Shown piece by piece: positions 1-12,097 of a stretch of DNA of 46,644 nt. This stretch comes from Chiloscyllium plagiosum (lineage: Eukaryota): the NCBI RefSeq assembly GCF_004010195.1, contig NC_057719.1:38302097-38348740 (forward strand), written 5' to 3'. Under the pieces are notes generated by a model. That model was not told the origin of the DNA. It worked only from the letters and a program-made list of their open reading frames with translations, and made no database searches. The position numbers and the translations under genes are program-made. Position 1 is the stretch's first letter. Each line of letters begins with the position of its first letter.

Positions 1-330
1 AATCAAGCCCAGCCTGTCCAATCATTCCTTGCAGACAACCACTCATTCCAGGTAATAAATCTAGTAAATCTCCACATTTATGTCTTTCCTTAAATAGGGA
101 GTCCAAAACTGTAACACAGTATTCAAGCTCTGGTTTTACCAATACCCTGTATGTCTGAAGCATACAAGCTTTCATCTTCTGTTCTTCTCATAATCAAGGC
201 TAGCATCCCATTAGCCTTGCTGGTTATGTGTTGTACCTGCATACTAACCTGTTGTCACTCATAAACCAAGACTCTTGGATCTTCTGTACTTCAGAACTCT
301 GCAGCCATTCTCAATGTAAGCCCCATCCAA
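1..330 (-). mobile_element. CR1-like LINE fragment
   Basis: Reverse complement of the LEYCVTVLDSLFK region also seen on + at ~1430-1520. Confidence 0.6.
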
Positions 331-2324
331 AATAATGATGCTATCCCTGGAATCAGCATAATCAATTTGCCACTTGCACAATGAAGGGCTCAGAAGTTTA
401 TGAATTGTCTTGGCAATCGTTCATTAGATGTTGTACATGTATCAGCTTCCACAAATATATAAAGCTTGAGATCTAATAATATAAGTACCTGGATTGATCT
501 CATTCCCATGTGGGATTCCCCTAGACTGATATGTATCAATATGGCATTAGACAAATACCTTTGAAATTAGAACAGGAGCCAGCTTGTCTGGAATATTTTT
601 AAACATTCAACCAGCACAAGTGGTGCTTTGATTCTTATTCGTTTCTTTCATCAGAAGCATACTCTATAAGACTAGTTAGAGGAATTATAAAGTAGAAGTG
701 TTTATTTGGGATGTATTGTTCAGGGACCAATCAGGAAAGGCAAAGGCATTTGTTGGTTCGTCATCTCCAGTTCAAGAATTTGTGGCAGACAGTTTTCTGA
801 AAATTCAGTTCTACGCTAGGAATCTCTTAACAAATAAATAGCTGTAATTAGCAAGGTCATTAGAAAATAAAGGCTCAGTGTTTTCTTAAATTTATAAATT
901 GTGAAATAAGGTTTTAGAAAGAATGCTAAATAGAGTTTGGAAAGTTGATGGCTGCTCATGTTTGTTCTCTTCATTGTTGTGTTATGCTTTCTTTGCTGAA
1001 TTTTGTAATCTCAGGAATAGCAGCAGTGTATTCCTGCAAGCTTCTGTCTTGGATATTTTGGGCAAAGTTGTGCCACAGGAACAATGTTGCTTTCTATGTA
1101 AAACCTATTTCCTATTGAAACCCTTCTCATTACATCAGGTGTGTTGACAATCAAAATTACCTTGGAGTCACCAGGGATGAAAATGTTAATCTCCCAGACA
1201 TTGCTGCGAGCGAGGACTGTGGGACCATACAATAGTTGGCGATAGAAAATTAGGCTGTTTTACCGCCTATCATCCAAACAGTCAGCAAACTACCTCCTTG
1301 TTGCCCATCTAGTGTGGGAAAGGAGAGTGTTCTGGTATAAACATATTAGGATGCCAGTGGCAGGATTGTGGGGATGGAATGGTTGGAGATTTACAGGGTA
1401 TTGTAAATCAGATATACAAGGTATTGGTAAAACCAGACTTGAATACTGTGTTACAGTTTTGGACTCCCTATTTAAGGCAAGACATAAATGTGGAGATTTA
1501 CTAGATTTAATACCTGGAATGAGTGGGTTGTCTGCAAGGAATGATTGGGGATGGAGTGGCAGGATTGTGTGGCGATTTGTTCTTGGATATGACCAAAGTT
1601 GGCTGCCCCTACATTACACCGATGTGAATGATGCAATGGTCAATCAGTGTTTTAGTCAATGTGCCAGTGTTTTGTTGTGGGTGGGAATGGGGGAGACCTA
1701 TTTACAATGAAACAGAAGTTATAGAAGACATCATGGTACATAGTGATGAGTATACAAACCTGGGGTAGTAAGTACATCATAGCACACAGAATAATACCTC
1801 TATATATGTTCATCCTCAAGAAACTGCTTAGTTAGTTTTTTTGAATGGTCTTTAATGTTTGTATTTTGTTTTGTTTGTGACTTGAACCACTCCTAAAGCT
1901 TTCCACTGATGCCCATTTGGTCTTAATCATGTAATGAGAGTTTTACCAAGGAATTCTGAAGACCAACTAATGGATAAATTGGTTCTGCTTTAGGCTTTTA
2001 AGTTGAGTAACCAGGCAATTAAATGGGCTTTTATCAAATCAGGCCAATTATTACTTTTTACAAAAGAATTGTGGAATCACAGCCAAGTAAACCAATGAAA
2101 AATGTGTTGGAAATTTTCTTGCATTATAAACCAAATAAAGAATTTGCAATTATACAATCCACAAAGACTCCCCAAACCACGTCTTTGGCAATTAAGTACT
2201 TTTGAAGTGTACTTATTGTTGTAATGTAGGAATGCGAAGCCGTGCATTCATGATGACAGCTCTTACAAATAGTGATGTGATAAATGATGAAACAATCTGT
2301 TCTAATGATATTGGTTGAGAAATT

Positions 2325-2696
2325 GGGGGGACATGGTGGCTCAGTGGTTAACACTGCTGCTTCACAGTGCCAGGAACCTGGGTTTGCTTCCACCCTCCAG
2401 TGACTGTGTGGAGTTTGCCCATCTCCTTGTGTCCTCATGGGTTTCCTCCAGGTTCTCTGGTTTCTCCCACAGTCCAAAGATTAGGTGGTTAGTTGGATTT
2501 GTCATGCTAAATTGCCCATTAAATCCAGGGATGTACAGGTTAGGTGGATTAGCCGTGGGAAATGCAGGGTTACAGGGATGGGGGAGGGGTGGTGGAGAGG
2601 AGGACAGAGAGAGAGGGGGGGAGTCTGGGTGGGATGCTCTTCAGAGTTAACTTGATGGGCTGAATGGCTGGTGTCCACACTGTAGGGATTCTATGA
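2325..2696 (+). mobile_element. tRNA-derived SINE (HE1 / V-SINE-like)
   Basis: A-box TGGCTCAGTGG, decayed B-box, central TGTGTGGAGTTTG...GGGTTTCCTCC...CCCACAGTCCAAAGA domain, LINE-like tail. Confidence 0.85.
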
Positions 2697-3151
2697 ATTA
2701 ATTGGTCAGGGTAGCAATACCCAATCTCTTCTTCAAACAGCACTACAGGAATTTTTATATCTATCTGAGAGGGAAGATGGAACTTCAGCGTAGCATCTCA
2801 TGCGAAGAATGCACTGATTCCAGCAGTCTCGGTACTGCATTCGGGTTTTGCTTTACATTGTGCAGGTTTTGTAATGTGGTGTAAAAGACTCATAAATGTT
2901 ACTTTTAAATTAATGTTCTAAGATAGTTTTTTATATAGACTATGTTTAAAGCCAGAAGCTTTTATCCATTTTTGTTTTTAACAGTTCTTTACTTGTCAGT
3001 TATGTAGTTGCTGCAGATTCGTGAAAATGAAAAAAATCTTTCAAAATAACTTCTGCATTTACTGGAAAGGTTACAAAACTAATGATGTGTCAATGTCTCC
3101 TGGGGCAGCAAGTTATGATCTACCTCAGCTAGTGCAATAAGTGCACCCTGA

Positions 3152-4598
3152 GGGGCTTTCCCATTCGTTCCCTCTTTCTGCCTCCAACCCTACCCAGCCA
3201 TCCCCATTTCCTCTAGAGGTTTTCACATTAATATAATCCCCATCAATGATGATAAAGAGAGGTTACAATTCCCGTCATTATTTTATTCTATTTTTCTTTT
3301 CCTGTTTGCCCATTCTTCTCTGCATTGACTGTGTGACTCATACATTCCAAATTCATGCAAATTCTTTGATCCATATGGCTGTTCTCGTGAGTCAGGACAA
3401 TGGGTTTGATGTGGTCTTCCAATTGAGCCTGTTCCTTCCCTCAATCATCATATCCCTGCACAGAATACAGTAAGGATTAGTGGATGTAGAAACTCTTAAT
3501 GAATTTGTTCCCCAACCATTCCCACTCACCTTCCTAATTTGAGAGTGCAGAGGTCATTTTGCATTTTACACCGCAGTGTTTACTGAGTTTAGCCAATGTA
3601 ATGCACATTAACCTTCTTGTCCTTCATGGCTCACTATTCCACCAGTGATACACCATCAATATTAATTATTGGGGAATCCCTATCACAGGTTGCTTTGAGT
3701 TTGGCTATACAGTTGGTTCTGATTATAATGCGATTGTCCTGTTCTCGTACAATCTCACATTATAAGAAAATTGCACAGTAGCCACACACTTTAAACTAAT
3801 GGGGCAGGAATTGCGTTATAGCCAATACAAGTAAGGAAAGTTCATGTTCTACAAATAATGGTCTAAATTCTTCATTTGGGTTAAAGCCAATTTGTGTTAA
3901 ACACGTGTTATAGCAGAACCGGCTGTTGGTTCAAGTTTACTACAAAGGAGAAAGTATCCTGTTGTGTCTACCCTGTGCCAGAGGAAAGGGACGTAGCAAA
4001 CTGGGAGAAATAAGAGGAATTAAAAGTGATGAGAGTTGATCCACGATTACAGTGCTTCTGAGTAAGCATCTGTACCAGACTGAGCATTACTGATTAGCAA
4101 GTGTATTGCTAGTCCAGTGCCATTGTCACTATACCATCAACTTGCCCCCGCTCGAATTTCCTGTCTCCTTAGCAGGACTATGCCAATAGCAGGAATGATA
4201 TATGTATGTAAAAGGGAACAAAGTTAGTGAACATAAAAACTATAGGACTAAGGAAAAATTAAACCAGAGTGAAGGCCTGCGCAATTGCTTGCTGTATGTT
4301 CCTTGAGCTATGTACACCAAAGCCATGACTACATTACAACACGACCAATCAGCCAAAAAAAGCTGGAGATGTAACTAAATGTCATTAATGGCAGAGTGCC
4401 TGAGTAATGAGGAAGTAGGAAACTCGCACATTATTGAATGTACTCTATTGCCCTTTGCTTTGTAATTTTAATGTTCAATCAAGTTAACTACAAGTATCAT
4501 ACGCACAAGTAGCAGAAAAGGTTAGCGTATGTGCTATTGGAATCCACTATAAACTTGTTTTGCAGTTGTGTGGTTTATTTTGGGATATGGGACTTTCC
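3152..4598. promoter_or_regulatory. Candidate NF-kB/AP-1 enhancer region upstream of the first coding exon
   Basis: GGGGCTTTCC 3152, GGGGAATCCC 3671, GGGACTTTCC 4589; TGACTCA 3334, TGAGTCA 3388. Confidence 0.4.
3710..3925. mobile_element. MITE / non-autonomous Tc1-mariner (pogo/Tigger-like) DNA transposon, ~216 bp
   Basis: Imperfect TIRs TA|CAGTTGGTTCTGATTATAA ... TTATAGCAGAACCGGCTG. Confidence 0.7.
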
Positions 4599-6289
4599 TC
4601 TTGCATCCCTTACTGAGTCCTGGAAATCCAGAAAGGCATCCTGCCAGTGAGACTGAGTGTTTAGTAGATTTTGAATATGATACAAGTTCTTTGATCAGTA
4701 AGCTCTCTTTTCAATTGAGAGACTGAGGAAACTGAGAGCAAAAGAAATATGTGTCTGCTAGGGGATCTATATATAAATAGAATATAAGACTGCACTGAAA
4801 TTACAGACAGTGGAAATTGATAATCGTTGTCAAATTATTCTAGTGACTTTCTTTTCATAAAGCACCTTTATGAAACTTTAGAGTGTTTGTTAACTTGTAG
4901 GTGCTCTGATATCATATACTATTTTGAAGTTAGACTCTATTTATGTTAGCGGGTTTTCTGTAAAAGTTCGCTTGAGTTGGATGAGTATTGAAAGGAACAA
5001 GCAGAGACTATCCTTTCATCTACAGGACCTGAATTTAAATCAGTGAAAATTCAAGTTTTAACTAAAAAGAATTTTGTGCTTAGCCAATAAGGAACAAGTA
5101 GGGTGTGTTGCTCACTAAAGCAAAGAGTATGACAGAGGTACTAAACAAGTACTTTGCTTCTGTTTTGACCAAATTAGGGCCCAGTTGAAAATGTGGATGT
5201 TGATCAACTGAGCAGTATAGTGATAGATAAAGAAGAGCTAAATAGGCTGGCAGCACTTCAGGTAGAGAAGTCGCCAGGCCCAGATGGGATAAATTCCAGA
5301 CTGCTGAAAGCGGTAGGGGAACGAAGCCATTGACAGAAATTTTCCAGGTCCCTCTGAATACAAGATGAATCCTGGGTGACTGGAGGATTGCAAATGTGAT
5401 GCAATTTCTTAAGAAAGAGGCAAAGGATAAGCTAGGAAACTGCAAACCTGTCAGCCTGACATTGATAGATGGAGGCCATAAATACAGGAGAACATAAACA
5501 TAAACAGGAGCAAAATAAGTTTATACTAGACAGTCAACATGGCATTGTCAAGGGCAGGACACATCTGACAAATGTAATTATGTTATTTGATAAGGTGCCA
5601 CAGGTAGTAGATGAGGGTAGTGCTGTGGATGTTGTATGTTTGGATTTTCAGAAGGTACTTGATACAGTGCCACGTAGCAAGTTGGTTAGCAAATTAGAAC
5701 TGTTTGGGATTGATGAGTCCTTGTCAGCATGGATTAGAAGTTGGCTAAAAGATAAAAAACAGAGGGGAGGTATAAGTGTGTGTTTCTTAGTCTGGAGATG
5801 AGTTAAAAGTGGTGCTGTCCAGGAATTGGTATTGGGATCTTGCCTTTTTATGATTTTATGCAAACAATTTGGAGGTAGCGATTGAGGCAAAATCTCTAAG
5901 TTTGCAGATGACACTAGACTAGGGAGAATAGTGAATTGTGAGGGTGGCACTAAGTGACTTCAGAGAGACATTAACGAAATGGCCAAATGCGCAGACACCT
6001 GCCAGATGAATTTCAATGCAGAGAAATTTGAGGTAAATGCATTTTAATAGAAAATAAAAATGTGGAGAGGCAATCCAGGCTGGATGGTACGACTTTGAGG
6101 GGAGTACAGGAACAGAGGGCCTCGGGACTCGCGAGCATGATTCTCTGAAGGTGGCCAGGCAAGTTTAAACAGTTGTTCAGAAAGTTTTTAGGATCCTTGG
6201 GTTTATAAATAGAGACGTAAGAGTATAACAGCAAGGAAGAGATGCTGCACCTCTATAAATCATTGATCAGACCACATTTGGAATATTGT

Positions 6290-6485
6290 AACAAAATTAG
6301 AAATTGTGGAAAAGCTCAGCAGACTACCACTCGCTGTCTTCTATTGGCCATGGAACATGGAACATTTTGAATACGAGTGAGAATTTAAAATCGAGAATCT
6401 GGAGGACAATATGCCCGCGCCGGCTCCCGCATCTGGGGAGAGAAATCAGAGTTAACATTTCGAGTGCAGTGACCTTTCTTCATAT
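6290..6485 (-). mobile_element. Older PLE-like terminal-repeat fragment (third family) with a 13-bp TSD, inside a CR1 LINE. Related degenerate copies at ~18015-18125, 28875-28960, 29240-29420, 30400-30515 and 39510-39640
   Basis: TTTGGAATATTGT at 6277-6289 and 6486-6498; GGAAAAGCTCAGCAG...GCATCTG.GGAGAGAAATCAGAGTTAACATTTCG-like motif recurs, ending in a decayed hammerhead-like box. Confidence 0.6.
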
Positions 6486-6950
6486 TTTGGAATATTGTGT
6501 TCAGTTCCTGATATCTTGTTTAAGGAAAGATGTTAAAGCCCTGGAAAGAATGCAAAGGAGAATTACTATAGTTATACCATGAATGAAGGACTTTAGGAAC
6601 AAGGGAAGATTAGGCAGACTGGGCTCATTCTCCTTGGAGCAGAGAAAATTAAGATGTGACCTTATCAAAGTGTTCAAAATTATGAACAATTTTGACAGGG
6701 TAAAGAAGGATATTCAGTTTTCACTTGTTGATATGTCAGTAGCCAGGTTGTCAGCAAGAGAGCTAGGAGTGAGATGGGGAGAAACCTCTTTCATTGGAGA
6801 CTTGTTAAGAATGCACTGTCTGGAAGAGTGGAGAAGGCGGAATCCATAAGAGGTTTCAAAAGAGAGCCAGCTACTGTATGTGTTTGAAAGTGAATTTAGA
6901 GGGCAAAGGAGGTAGGGCTGGATAGTGGTCTGAGCTGGGTAGCTCCTGAT

Positions 6951-7080
6951 TTCCTGATGAAGGGCTTTTGCCCGAAACATCAATTTTTCTTGTTCCTTGG
7001 ATGCTGCCTGACCTGTGTTTTTCCAGCACCACTCTAATCTTGACTCTAATCTCCAGCTTCTGCAGTACCTGCTTCTGCCT
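6951..7080 (+). mobile_element. Short PLE terminal-repeat fragment with hammerhead core (6954-6981), inserted in the 3' end of a CR1 LINE
   Basis: CTGATGAAGGGCTTTTGCCCGAAACATC followed by GATGCTGCCTGACCTG...TTCCAGCACCAC, the same repeat as 43537-43620. Confidence 0.85.
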
Positions 7081-8534
7081 TTCTGGAGCTGGTACAGTCA
7101 CGGTGTGTCAGGTGCAACTCCTCTTCTGCTCTGTAAGATTGTATGATTTTCCTGTAATGTTGAAATGAAGCTATTGCTGATCTCTATCACTACATCTAAA
7201 TCTATAAAACACATTTGAGCATAAATCTCGACCATGTTTGCCAGGTGGTATCCATTTGTTAAAGTGTAAATGGAATGCTATAATCTCCACTGCTGAAAGT
7301 TCCCACCCCTGTTTGTTACTCTGCTTGTTTGCAAACAATAAGGGCTGGATGTTAGGCTTCCCAACCAATGGGGTTGAAGGATGAGAGCATGGAAAACCCA
7401 GTATATTTCATCCCATCCATCCTGACCTATTTGCACTCAACGGGGAGGATGACAGGGCAGGATATTTATCAGGCAGACTGCCCGACCTTGGGCCTGATTG
7501 AGTGGTTACTTAATAGCTTTGTAAAGACCATATCCTACCCCTGCCAGTATTTTACCCGCTCATGGGAATACCCAGACCTAGCCTCTTTAACCCAACCCCA
7601 CTTGCCAATCTTTGTGAGACCCTCTGCTCCTTGGCATGGTGGACCTGCAAAACTGCCAAACATCCAATTAGTTAATCATTCTTTAAGTTTATACTTATTC
7701 CTTCAATGGAATAGAAGTCTCATCTTTGAAGTGTTTCATGAGATGCAGCATTCAGAATCAAGTACAGGACATCCCAGCATCTCCCTTCTCCATCTGCCCT
7801 ACCTTTAGTTGAGGTGTGAGAGAACTGCAGTGGTTTGTGTAATCCAGTCCTGTCTCCAAACAAAATGATGGACTGATTTCAGTAAAATTTGGTGCACAGA
7901 TTAGGTATTGTGCAGAAAAGGAATGATATGGTGTTCGCAAAGAAGCAAATTTGGATCTGGATTTTTTTTAAAGCATCCATTAACATTGTGAGCTAGTGAA
8001 TTAACTTTTAAAAAAGAATGTTGTAAGTTATTTTATTTGCAATACTCTTTCTTGTTTTTGAATGGTATGAATTGCCTTTGCTATTGTGTTGGAATTTGAC
8101 ATGTCAAGTTGAGTATTGCTGATAAAAGACGCTTTGTTGAAGGAGAAAAATGTGACGGAAAGCACCATTTGAACCGTATGAAAGGAAAGCGCTGCTTGTT
8201 TGGCAAGCGGACTCTGATTAGTAGAGGCATTACCGTGGTGAATGCACTTATTAGCTGATTGATCATTAAGTGCCAAATGTTGGCACACTTTCAAAACTAT
8301 CATCCTTTCTCCAACTTGGGCTTAAGATTTCTAATTTAAGAAGCCCTTAGAATTGTTTGTCTTTGATTCAGGTACCCCCAACTCATTTAAAAAAAACTCT
8401 ATCAACAAGGACATATTCCTTGTTTAGTATAAAACAGATTGTGGTGTAGCTGAATATTATTTCCAGATATATCCTAGTGAAATACAAAATCCCCAATGGT
8501 CTATTTTATCTTGCTTTATGTTTTTAAAATATAA

Positions 8535-10250
8535 TAACAATCACTAGACAGACTGATGGCTGAAATGCCCCTTGAACTTGATGAATTGCATCCTTGGATT
8601 TTATGAGAGGTAGCTACAGAGATAGTGGATACATCAGTAGTAATCTTCTAAGAATCCTTAGATTCTCAAAGTTCCAGAGGATTGAAACATGTGACATCCT
8701 TAATCAAAAAGGGAAGGAATTGAAAACCTGGTAGCACTAGTCCAGTTAGCTTAGCATATGTCATTCAGATAATTTTAGAGTCTATTGTCATGGAGGTAAT
8801 GGTAAAGTATTTTGAAATACATAATTCAGTGAGTCATTTTAGCTTCATGAATGGAAAATCGTTGCCTGACAAATTTATTAGAATTCTTTGAGGAAGTAAA
8901 AGGCAGGATGGATAAAGAGATGGATGTAATGTATTTGGATTCCCAAAAAGTGCGGAGAAGTAGCCTAAAGTGTGGTACCTTAAAAAGATCAGATTCCATG
9001 CATCAGTGTTAGTGTATTGTCATGTATTGGCTAATTAACAGAATAAAGAGAGTTGGGATAAGAATCAACGTTTCAGGATGGCAACCTTTAACTGGTGAAA
9101 TGTCATAGGGATCAGTGCTGGGGCTACTATTATGTACAATCTATGTATTAATGACTTGGTTGAGGGAAGTCAATGTACAATAGCCAAGTTTGTGGACAGC
9201 ACAAAAACAAGTGGGAATGCAAGTGGTGAGGATGATAATAAAGAGTTGCAAGTTCAGTGAGTGGGCAAAAACTTAGTATTAGAATATAATGTGAGATTAT
9301 GCACTTTGGCAGAAGAATAGAGGAGCCGAACATTATTTAACTGAACTGCAGAAATCTACAGAATAGTGTAATTTGAGGGTCCTCGTGCATCAATCACAAA
9401 AATGCTAGCATCCAAATTCAATGAGTGATAAGGAAGATAAATGGGCAGTTGGACGAAAGTGAGGACTGCAGATGCTGGAGATTAGAGTCAACAGTGTGGA
9501 ACTGGAAAAGCACAGCAGGTCTGGCAGCATCCGAAGAGCAGGAGAATCAACATTTCGGGCAAAAGCCCCTTCATCAGGAATTCCTGATGAAGGGCTTATG
9601 CCCGAAACATCGATTCTACTGCTCCTCGGATGCTGCCTGACCCACACAAATACAGTTGACCCTGTTCTCAAAGGGAATAGAGTTTAAAAATAGGGCGATC
9701 TTGCTAAGACTACATAAGTGATTTGTTAGACCACATCTGTGAACAGTTTTGTTGCTTGTTTCTATCATCAGAGGTAGTCCAGAGAAGGTTCACAGGCTGA
9801 ATCCAGGTATGGAGGGATTGTTTTATGAGGAAGAGTTGAGTAGATTGGGCTTGTACTCAGAGTTTGGAAGAATAAGAGGAGATCTTTATTCAAACATATA
9901 TAAGATTCTGAGAAGGCTTGATGGGAAAAATGCAGAGTTGCTTTTCCCTTGTGGGAAAAATCTAGGACCAGAGGGCATGATCTCAAAGTTAGGAATCACA
10001 CAGTTAGGACAGAGATGAAGAAGCATTGCTCTCTGAAGGTAATGAATCTCTGGAATTGTTCATAGCAGAGGTTTGTTAAGCATATTCAAAGCCAAGATAG
10101 GCAGATTTTTAATCAGCAAGGAATCATGAGTTATAGAGATAAGGCAGGAAAGTGGAGTTGAGGGCTATCAGACCAGCTGTGATCTCACTGAATGATGAGC
10201 AGACTTGATGGGCCAAATGACCTACTTCTTTTCCCATGCCTTATGATATC
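8535..10250 (+). mobile_element. Degenerate CR1-clade LINE (RT to 3' end)
   Basis: CCTGACAAATTTATTAGAATTCTTTGAGGAAGT; YEE.LSRLGLYS.EF.R.RGDL; 3' end GATGGGCCAAATGACCTACTTCT. Confidence 0.85.
9453..9642. mobile_element. Inverted (hairpin) PLE-derived element, one hammerhead-like core per strand, centre at 9580/9581
   Basis: ...CCCTTCATCAGGAA|TTCCTGATGAAGGG... with ~60-bp complementary arms; interrupts a CR1 LINE. Confidence 0.85.
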
Positions 10251-10896
10251 GCTTGCTTTTGTTGTTGCATTGTTGATCTTCCAATGAGCAACTTTATTTA
10301 CTTTTCTCAGTGGCACTATTTGTAGGGCCGGAAAACCTAGTGATGTGTTGCCACAGGGCCATGTTTCAGACTTCACGTTTGATTATGTCAGTGACTTCAG
10401 CATTTTACCCATAAACCTTTTTATCTTTGGTATGGAGTTCAGAAGAATGAGACATATTGATTGAAACTGAGTGATTTTGACAGGGCAGCTGTGGATAGGG
10501 TGTCTCCTTTTGTGGGAGAATGTAGACCTAGGGGTCATCTGTTTCAAAATAAGGGGTTACCAATTTATAACTAAGCTATAAAGAGTGTTATTTTTACAGA
10601 AGGTCACGGGGCTTCTAAATTCTTACATATGGGGCTGAGTAAGTCACTTCTGCTCCTTGTTTGTATGCTGGTAAAATAGCTATAGCATGTAGAAATGCTG
10701 CAGAAAGGTGCTTTAACACAAGTTTACTTTAATTGACTTGACGTTGTTTGTATGCAAGACAACCCGCAGTTTGATATTGATTTTAGTTTAGAGGAGTAAA
10801 CAATTGATTCAAACAATTGTGTGTACATTTTTGCTTTTGTTTGTACATGTTCTGTCAGAGTAAGACTAAATCTAGTAACCACTTTTGTGAAATTTA

Positions 10897-11325
10897 TAGA
10901 GTCACAGAGGTATATAGCATAGAAACAGACCCTTCGGTTCAACTTGTCCGTGCTGACCAGGTATTCTAAATTAATCTAGTCCCATTTGCCAGCATTTGGC
11001 CCATATCTCTCCAAACCCTTCCTATTTATATGCACATCCAGATGCCTTTTAAATGTTGTAACTGTATATGACTCCACCACTTCCTCTGGCAGGTCATTCC
11101 ATACACGCACCATCCTCTGTGTGAAAATGTTGGCCCTCAAGTCCCTTTTAAATTTTTTCCCTCTCACTTTGATTCTGTGCCCTCTAGTTTTGGACTCCCC
11201 TACCCTGGGAAAAACCTTGGCTATTTGCCCTATTGATGCTCATCATGATTTTGTAAGCTGCTGTAAGGTCACCACTTATTCTCCAATGCTCCAGGGAAAA
11301 TAGCCCCAGCCTATTCCACCTCTCC
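10897..11325 (-). mobile_element. CR1/HER1-like LINE 3' fragment
   Basis: FKRDLRANIFTQRMVRVWN.LPEEVVE; closely similar to 36846-37320. Confidence 0.85.
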
Positions 11326-11843
11326 CATTTATTTACCAATTGTTTATGTTCTCTGTGTCTGTGCCATCAGGACTGGAATAATGCTTAATAAAGTTTTCTA
11401 ATACCATTCCTGTTAAGATTTACTAATTGAAGCTGAGAAATTGATTTTCTTTTTAATGTTTACATTTTGATCACTGCTATGATGCTACTTCCATTTCGAG
11501 GAGTGTGCAGAGTGAATCTTCAAAATAATATTGCATTCACTGTGCAACCAACTAAATCAGGAAGATTTAGTTACTTTTTATTGTTCCACTCCTCCCCCTG
11601 GTACATTTATATTAACCAGGCATGAACAGAGAAACTTCCCTTGCTTGAGTCGATTAGTTTAAATGATAGACAATAAAAACACAAACTCAATCGCTTTGTT
11701 TACTTGGTGACTTATTAAATTACTGAGCTAAGGGTGACTCAAAATATGGAACTCCGTAAAATGCAATGTCAGTCTATGAAATGCTCTAAGAGAGCTGCCT
11801 AGACTAAACGCTTTTCTCTTACAGATCTGGACGGCCATTGGCC

Positions 11844-12097
11844 ATGGCAACTGCAAGAAACATAGAGTCATCGGCCCCACAACTTTCCCTGATGCAGCAG
11901 ACCAATGTGGCTAATGTTCCAAATAGCAGGCTGTCATCTCTAAGCATTGAACCAGACGATGGGGGCTTCAAGGAGAAGTTTGTACTGAAGCTGGAAAACA
12001 AGTACAAATGTGAATATTGTCATCTTGCACTGTGCAATCCCAAACAGACTGAATGTGGCCACAGATTCTGTGAAAGTTGTGTAAGGAAAATCATTGG
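11844..12097 (+). CDS. TRAF3: TRAF3 coding exon 1 (acceptor AG ends 11824; ATG 11844); N-terminus and most of the RING
   Basis: cttttctcttacag|ATCTGG acceptor; Kozak GCCATGG; KYKCEYCHLALCNPKQTECGHRFCESC; donor GG|gtaaga, phase 2. Confidence 0.95.

Larger units (their letters stand above)
5050..7145 (+). mobile_element. Degenerate CR1-clade LINE (RT to 3' end) carrying two nested PLE-like inserts
   Basis: SQHG.VKGR..LTN; LDFQK..D.VP; LEYCVQF; LG.FSLEQR.LR.DLI.VFKI. Confidence 0.88.

Noticed and set aside
2325..2400. tRNA gene
   Set aside because: The tRNA-like head continues into a SINE body and tail with no complete cloverleaf; the same applies at 32133.
4026..4093. Possible C/D snoRNA (GTGATGA ... 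CTGA)
   Set aside because: No convincing terminal stem and no recognisable rRNA/snRNA guide; such short boxes occur by chance.
7368..7808. 146-aa ORF, and similar ORFs at 1312-1710, 20314-20703 and 38117-38530
   Set aside because: No recognisable domain or exon context; they lie in repeats, introns or UTR.
9405..9687. Recurring peptides such as EKHSRSGSIR and MPETSILL in several ORFs (also ~6870-7170, 32148-32568, 43576-43801)
   Set aside because: Translations of the non-coding hammerhead repeat on both strands, not a protein family.
11838..11843. ORF-track start at TTG 11838
   Set aside because: The ATG at 11844 has a perfect Kozak context. Likewise ORF-track starts at 14402, 34880 and 36302 are intronic, and 37428 is an internal TTG.
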